From Chthonomonadales bacterium (GTDB taxonomy: Bacteria > Armatimonadota > Chthonomonadetes > Chthonomonadales > Chthonomonadaceae), in assembly GCA_038217285.1 (NCBI GenBank), contig JBBQPO010000038.1, forward strand, positions 1 through 30,158: 30,158 nt of DNA. Reading direction: 5' to 3'. Made by a program: the position numbers and the translations under genes. Below the pieces are notes generated by a model. It worked only from the letters and a program-made list of their open reading frames with translations. It ran no database searches and was not told the origin of the DNA. Shown one piece after another: positions 25,982-30,158 of this stretch; the stretch's first letter is position 1; every line of letters starts with the position of its first letter.

Positions 25982-26323
25982 TCTTCTATTTCGTCCTCAC
26001 AGGGGAGGACGCTCCTCTTCTGCCGTTTTTTTGTTGCGGCAGGATGTCGGGACAGGTTTTGCCTGTCAGGGACGGCGATCGGTCTGCGCGGATTGGCGCA
26101 TTAGCAACAGGAAGCGCTATTTGCTACGAGTTGCAACCGGTGCGGATAATCGGCATCTAATCCCCGAATTCCGACTTTGGTGACTGTTCTGGCTTCTTAC
26201 AATCAATTAGACGGGTAGAGGCGGGAAAAGGTTTCGCGTTTCTCGCCGTTCGACATGTGATTTTTTTCACAGTGTTGCGGGAAGGTGCCAAAAGCACCGC
26301 ATCCCTCCCCTTGCGACTTATCT

Positions 26324-26530
26324 TGTCCCTTAAGACCGCCGCCCCTAAAGGAGCGGCCTGTGGGGAAGGTAAAGGCCCATAAATGGGCCTGCGATGGTTG
26401 AAAGAGAGAAAAAATCTCTCCACTGGCGATGGCTGACAGCCTGTTTCCTTGCACCTTCCCCCTGCTCATGTCCGACCCAGCCCCCTTTAGGGGGCTTACC
26501 GCTCCTTGAGGGCGGCGGTCTTAAGGGACA
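26324..26530. repeat. REPIN/MITE-like element with about 32-bp terminal inverted repeats
   Basis: 26324-26356 and 26499-26530 are near-perfect inverted repeats with the outer 21 bp identical. Inner palindromes are AGGCCCAT-AA-ATGGGCCT (26373-26390) and AGCCCCCT-TT-AGGGGGCT (26479-26496). Confidence 0.7.
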
Positions 26531-26656
26531 GAGGCGGCCCGGAACCTCTCGCCCAGCAATGGTGTTCGGCTAGATAACGGAACGCAGTCCGGTCCATACT
26601 TATTGGCCTGCCCCGATTCTCAGCGACATCTTCGACGCAACACAAGGAGCCGCAAT

Positions 26657-27490
26657 ATGAAACCTGGACGCCTCTCGGGCGGGATCAGCATCGCCGTTAT
26701 CACACTGGTCGCCGTCGTCACGCAAGGCTACATGCGCGCCGACGAACGCAAGTCGCAAGGGCACCGATCCGCATCTGCAAAGACAGGGCGCACCCCGATA
26801 CTGGTGGAGTTGTTCACTTCGGAGGGCTGTTCGAGCTGTCCGAGCGCCGACAAACTGCTCACGAAGTTGGCGACGACCCAACCCGTTGAAGGGGCGGAGA
26901 TCATCGCCCTGGAAGAGCATGTGGACTACTGGAACCGCATCGGCTGGACCGATCCATTCTCAGCAGCGAAGTTCACGCAGCGGCAGTACGACTACGGGGC
27001 GCACTTTCATCTGAACAGCGTCTACACCCCCCAGGCTGTCGTCGATGGACAGCAGGAGTTCGTCGGGAGCGATACAGACAGCGCTCTCTCCGCCATCACC
27101 AGGGCTGCCGCGCAGCCGAAGGTCGGCGTGGGCTTGCGGGTGACCGCAGAGGATGCGACACAGCTCCACCTGAACGTTTCGGTCGAGAAGCGATCCGGTC
27201 GGAACGAGGCCGCAACGGTCGTCCTGGCGGTCGCGGAAGACGATCTGGCGGTTCATGTGAAGAGCGGCGAAAACGCGGGCCGCAATCTGGTTCATCATGG
27301 GGTCGTGCGGTGGTTCATGACGCTCGGCAAGGTTCAGGACAACGCGGCATTCACGACCCAGGTGACCGTGCCTCTAGAGCGGCACTGGCGTCGGGAGAAC
27401 CTGCGCCTGGTCGCTTTCGTGCAGTCTGAAACGAGTCGGCGCATTGTGGGCGTCGGTACCCTGCCTCTGGCGGAGCTGCCAAAAGGTTAG
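26657..27490 (+). CDS. DUF1223 thioredoxin-like secreted protein
   Basis: VELFTSEGCSSCPSAD, HVDYWN.IGWTDPFS, YTPQAVVDG, GENAGR. AAGGAG SD before ATG 26657. Confidence 0.9.
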   Translation: MKPGRLSGGISIAVITLVAVVTQGYMRADERKSQGHRSASAKTGRTPILVELFTSEGCSSCPSADKLLTKLATTQPVEGAEIIALEEHVDYWNRIGWTDPFSAAKFTQRQYDYGAHFHLNSVYTPQAVVDGQQEFVGSDTDSALSAITRAAAQPKVGVGLRVTAEDATQLHLNVSVEKRSGRNEAATVVLAVAEDDLAVHVKSGENAGRNLVHHGVVRWFMTLGKVQDNAAFTTQVTVPLERHWRRENLRLVAFVQSETSRRIVGVGTLPLAELPKG

Positions 27491-27652
27491 CGCCGGACCT
27501 GTCCGACGTTCCACCAGTTCAGGATACCGCAAAGATTGCCACCATGATCAGTCCTTCTGCTCCGCATTTCGTGCAGGATAGCCCGAGTGCTTTCGCGAAA
27601 CGAGCGCAACAGAACATCCCTGCGGTGAAGCAGGGCAGAAGGATATACGACG

Positions 27653-28672
27653 ATGCTGAGACGACTACGCGCTTTCGCACAACTATTGAGTCCGGTGACG
27701 ATGACGCTCGTGCTGGTTTGCCTCCAAGGCTGCCATAAGACCGATACACCGGCCCCCGGTACCGATCCGACAGGCGGAGCCGCAGATACTGGCTCCTCCG
27801 CGCCCGCTGCCAAGAAGACGATCGGCGTCTCTCTGCTCACGCTGGAGAATCCGTTCTTCAAGATCATGGGCGACGCAATGGTGGAAGAGGGCAAGAAGAA
27901 CGGATTCGATGTCATCATTACCGCCGGAGAGAAAGACGCCGCCCGTCAGAAGGATCAGGTCAACGACTTCATCGTCAAAAAGGTGAGTGCGATCATTCTC
28001 TGCCCGTGCGATTCCCGTTCCGTCGGAACCGCGATCTCAGCGGCCAACACCGCGGGCATCCCCGTCTTCACCGCCGACATCGCCAGCCTCGACACGGCGA
28101 GCAAAGTCGTATCGCACATCGCCACCGACAACCTCGAGGGCGGCAAACTGGCCGGGAAAGCCATGATCGAGGCGCTGAACGGGAAGGGCAAGGTCGCGAT
28201 TATCGATTTCCCCGAAGTCGAATCGGTTCTGCTGCGCACCAAGGGCTTTAAAGAGGTTCTGGCGGGAGCGAAAGGCCTTCAGATCGTGGCGCAGCTCGAC
28301 GGCAAAGCGCAGCGCGATGAAGCGTACAAAACGGCACAAGACATTCTGCAGAAGAACCCCGACCTGGCCGGGATCTTCTGCATCAACGATCCGACGGCCT
28401 TTGGAGCCATCGCCGCCATCGAAAAGGCGGGCCAGCAGGGCAAGATCAAGATCATCTCATTCGACGGGCAGTTGGAGGCCAAACAGGCGGTCAAGGATGG
28501 TAAGATCTATGCCGAGCCGGTCCAGTATCCGGATAAGATCGGGCAGATGAGCATCCAGGCCGTCGCAAAGTACATGGCGGGCGAAAAGGTGGAGGCGCAG
28601 ACTCTTATCCCGACCACCCTCTACACCAAAGCCGATGCCGACAAAGACCCGGCGCTCGTGAAAGCGAAGTGA
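27653..28672 (+). CDS. Sugar ABC transporter substrate-binding lipoprotein (RbsB-like)
   Basis: Lipobox LQGC, TLENPFF, AGIPVFTAD, IATDN..GG, INDPTA, SFDG. Confidence 0.9.
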   Translation: MLRRLRAFAQLLSPVTMTLVLVCLQGCHKTDTPAPGTDPTGGAADTGSSAPAAKKTIGVSLLTLENPFFKIMGDAMVEEGKKNGFDVIITAGEKDAARQKDQVNDFIVKKVSAIILCPCDSRSVGTAISAANTAGIPVFTADIASLDTASKVVSHIATDNLEGGKLAGKAMIEALNGKGKVAIIDFPEVESVLLRTKGFKEVLAGAKGLQIVAQLDGKAQRDEAYKTAQDILQKNPDLAGIFCINDPTAFGAIAAIEKAGQQGKIKIISFDGQLEAKQAVKDGKIYAEPVQYPDKIGQMSIQAVAKYMAGEKVEAQTLIPTTLYTKADADKDPALVKAK

Positions 28673-30060
28673 ACGACCGTCCGACCGCAACTGCGGAGGC
28701 AGCAGGAACGCGCCCTCCTGCTCTGCCGGCGCTGCTGGCCCGCTATGGGATGGCAGGCGTCCTGCTGCTGCTCGGCGTCTTCTTCACCTGGGCGACGGTT
28801 CATGAGGAGAAACCGACAGGCAAAGCGGGCGCGGAGTCGCTGTTCCGCGCGCTCAACGCAGCCGACCGGCAGTCCCATGTCGTGATCGTTGGACAGACGG
28901 ACGTGGAGGATGCCGAATTCGCGAAGACGTTGGAGTCGCTCTTGAAAGGTGCGGGCTATACGCATGTCCGGTCGATCCAGGGGGATCCGCCCACGGTGCG
29001 GCCGGGCCTGGAGCGGGCAGCGCGGGAGGATGGGGCGGTCGATCTCATCGTCACGACGCCGACCTGCCGCCAGTGGACGTTTTTCGACGCGCTGAAGGCT
29101 GGCAACCCCAGCTTCGCGCACACGCGGATCGAGATCCCTCCGTCCGGGCGAAGCTCGGCCTTTCTCTCGGCCAACAATCTGCGCAACGTCTCCGATCAGA
29201 CCGCCGTTATCGCGATCATCGCCATCGGCATGACGATGGTGATTCTCACGGGAGGCATAGATCTCTCTGTGGGCAGTCTGATCGCGCTCTCTGCGGTCGT
29301 GACGGCCTGGCTCATTCGAGCCTGGGGCGGACCTTCCGCCTCCGGTGCGGTGCTGGTCGTCGCCTCGCTGATCGCGATTGCGCTGTGTGGCCTCGTCGGA
29401 CTGTTCTCCGGGCTCATGATCACCCAGTTCAAAATCCCGCCTTTTATCGCGACACTGGCGATGATGCAGGTGGCGAGTGGAGCGGCCTTTATCGTGGCGC
29501 AGGGGCAGTCGATCAACGATATTCCGCCCTCCTTTATCTGGCTGGGACGTGGCGCTAATCTCGCCTCTCTCCCGAACGCCGTCGTTCTGATGCTCCTGCT
29601 CTACCTGGTCGCGCATCTCTTCATGACTCGCACCACCAGCGGGCGTTACATCTATGCCGTCGGCGGAAACCCGGAAGCGGCCCGTCTGTCCGGTATTCGA
29701 ACCAAACGGACGCTGCTGTTCGCCTATATGGTTTCCGGCCTATGCGCCGGCCTCGGCGGCGTGATCACCGCGTCGCAGCTCAATGCTGGCTCTCCCACCT
29801 ATGGTCAGGCCTACGAGCTCTATGTCATCGCATCGGTGGTGGTCGGCGGCACCAGTCTGGTCGGTGGCGAAGGCTTCATCTTCGGAACGCTTATCGGCGC
29901 CTTCATCATCGCGGTGATTCGCAACGGCATGAACCTGACCAACGTCGAACCCTATACCCAGAAGGTGGCGCTCGGACTCGTTATTCTCGGCGCAGTCATG
30001 CTGGACCGTCTCCGGCGCGCCTCCGGTCAGAGATGGTTTCGCCGGAAAGAGACAATGTAG
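28669..30060 (+). CDS. Sugar ABC transporter permease (RbsC-like) with an extra N-terminal soluble domain
   Basis: GMTMVILTGGIDLSVGS, IPPFIATL, GRYIYAVGGNPEAARLSGI, YELYVIASVVVGGTSL. GTG start overlaps the upstream stop (GTGA). Confidence 0.92.
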   Translation: MNDRPTATAEAAGTRPPALPALLARYGMAGVLLLLGVFFTWATVHEEKPTGKAGAESLFRALNAADRQSHVVIVGQTDVEDAEFAKTLESLLKGAGYTHVRSIQGDPPTVRPGLERAAREDGAVDLIVTTPTCRQWTFFDALKAGNPSFAHTRIEIPPSGRSSAFLSANNLRNVSDQTAVIAIIAIGMTMVILTGGIDLSVGSLIALSAVVTAWLIRAWGGPSASGAVLVVASLIAIALCGLVGLFSGLMITQFKIPPFIATLAMMQVASGAAFIVAQGQSINDIPPSFIWLGRGANLASLPNAVVLMLLLYLVAHLFMTRTTSGRYIYAVGGNPEAARLSGIRTKRTLLFAYMVSGLCAGLGGVITASQLNAGSPTYGQAYELYVIASVVVGGTSLVGGEGFIFGTLIGAFIIAVIRNGMNLTNVEPYTQKVALGLVILGAVMLDRLRRASGQRWFRRKETM

Positions 30061-30086
30061 AAATAGAGGAAGAGAGGCTAGCTGGC

Positions 30087-30158
30087 GGTAGTGCTGCATT
30101 AAACGGTGACACTGGCCATACCTCCTTTCGTTTCCCTGGCCCCTGTTTTTCCAGGTGG
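30087..30158 (-). mobile_element. Second copy of the same IS1-family 3' end, inverted, truncated by the window end
   Basis: Starts GGTAGTGCTGCATTAA. Exact reverse complement of 68-139. Confidence 0.7.

Noticed and set aside
1-30158. Whole window as a composite transposon or linear replicon with terminal inverted repeats
   Set aside because: The cargo is chromosomal housekeeping, and the repeats continue outward into a transposase-like frame. An assembly break at IS copies is simpler.
1-30158. CRISPR arrays, tRNA or rRNA genes, prophage or defence genes
   Set aside because: No regularly spaced direct repeats, cloverleafs, rRNA-like tracts or recognisable phage or defence proteins were seen.

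Overview
Bacterial chromosomal segment, GC-rich. The gene families suggest Armatimonadota, but that is an inference. It looks like a whole contig cut at both ends by inverted copies of the same IS1-family end (74 bp identical). It carries housekeeping genes (dnaE, rsgA, greA, class A PBP) and accessory genes: a LacI plus PhyH-dioxygenase operon, a CE15/SGNH esterase fusion, a divergent 2-oxoacid dehydrogenase E2, an Eis-like acetyltransferase, an ABC-2 exporter with one permease reduced to a stub, a LarA-family racemase, a rhomboid-TPR protein, a GH127-like protein, DUF1223 and a sugar ABC binding protein and permease. Sigma70 promoters are unusually easy to read. The most interesting signals are non-genic. 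(1) A stand-alone, about 155-nt structured minus-strand transcript at about 9904-10058 has its own promoter, terminator, a very strong Shine-Dalgarno site and an 11-aa ORF. (2) The structured rsgA leader contains an SD-led 33-aa uORF that overlaps rsgA out of frame. (3) The greA leader contains a terminator. (4) Two REPIN-like palindrome clusters are present. All calls come from motif recognition by eye; no searches were run.
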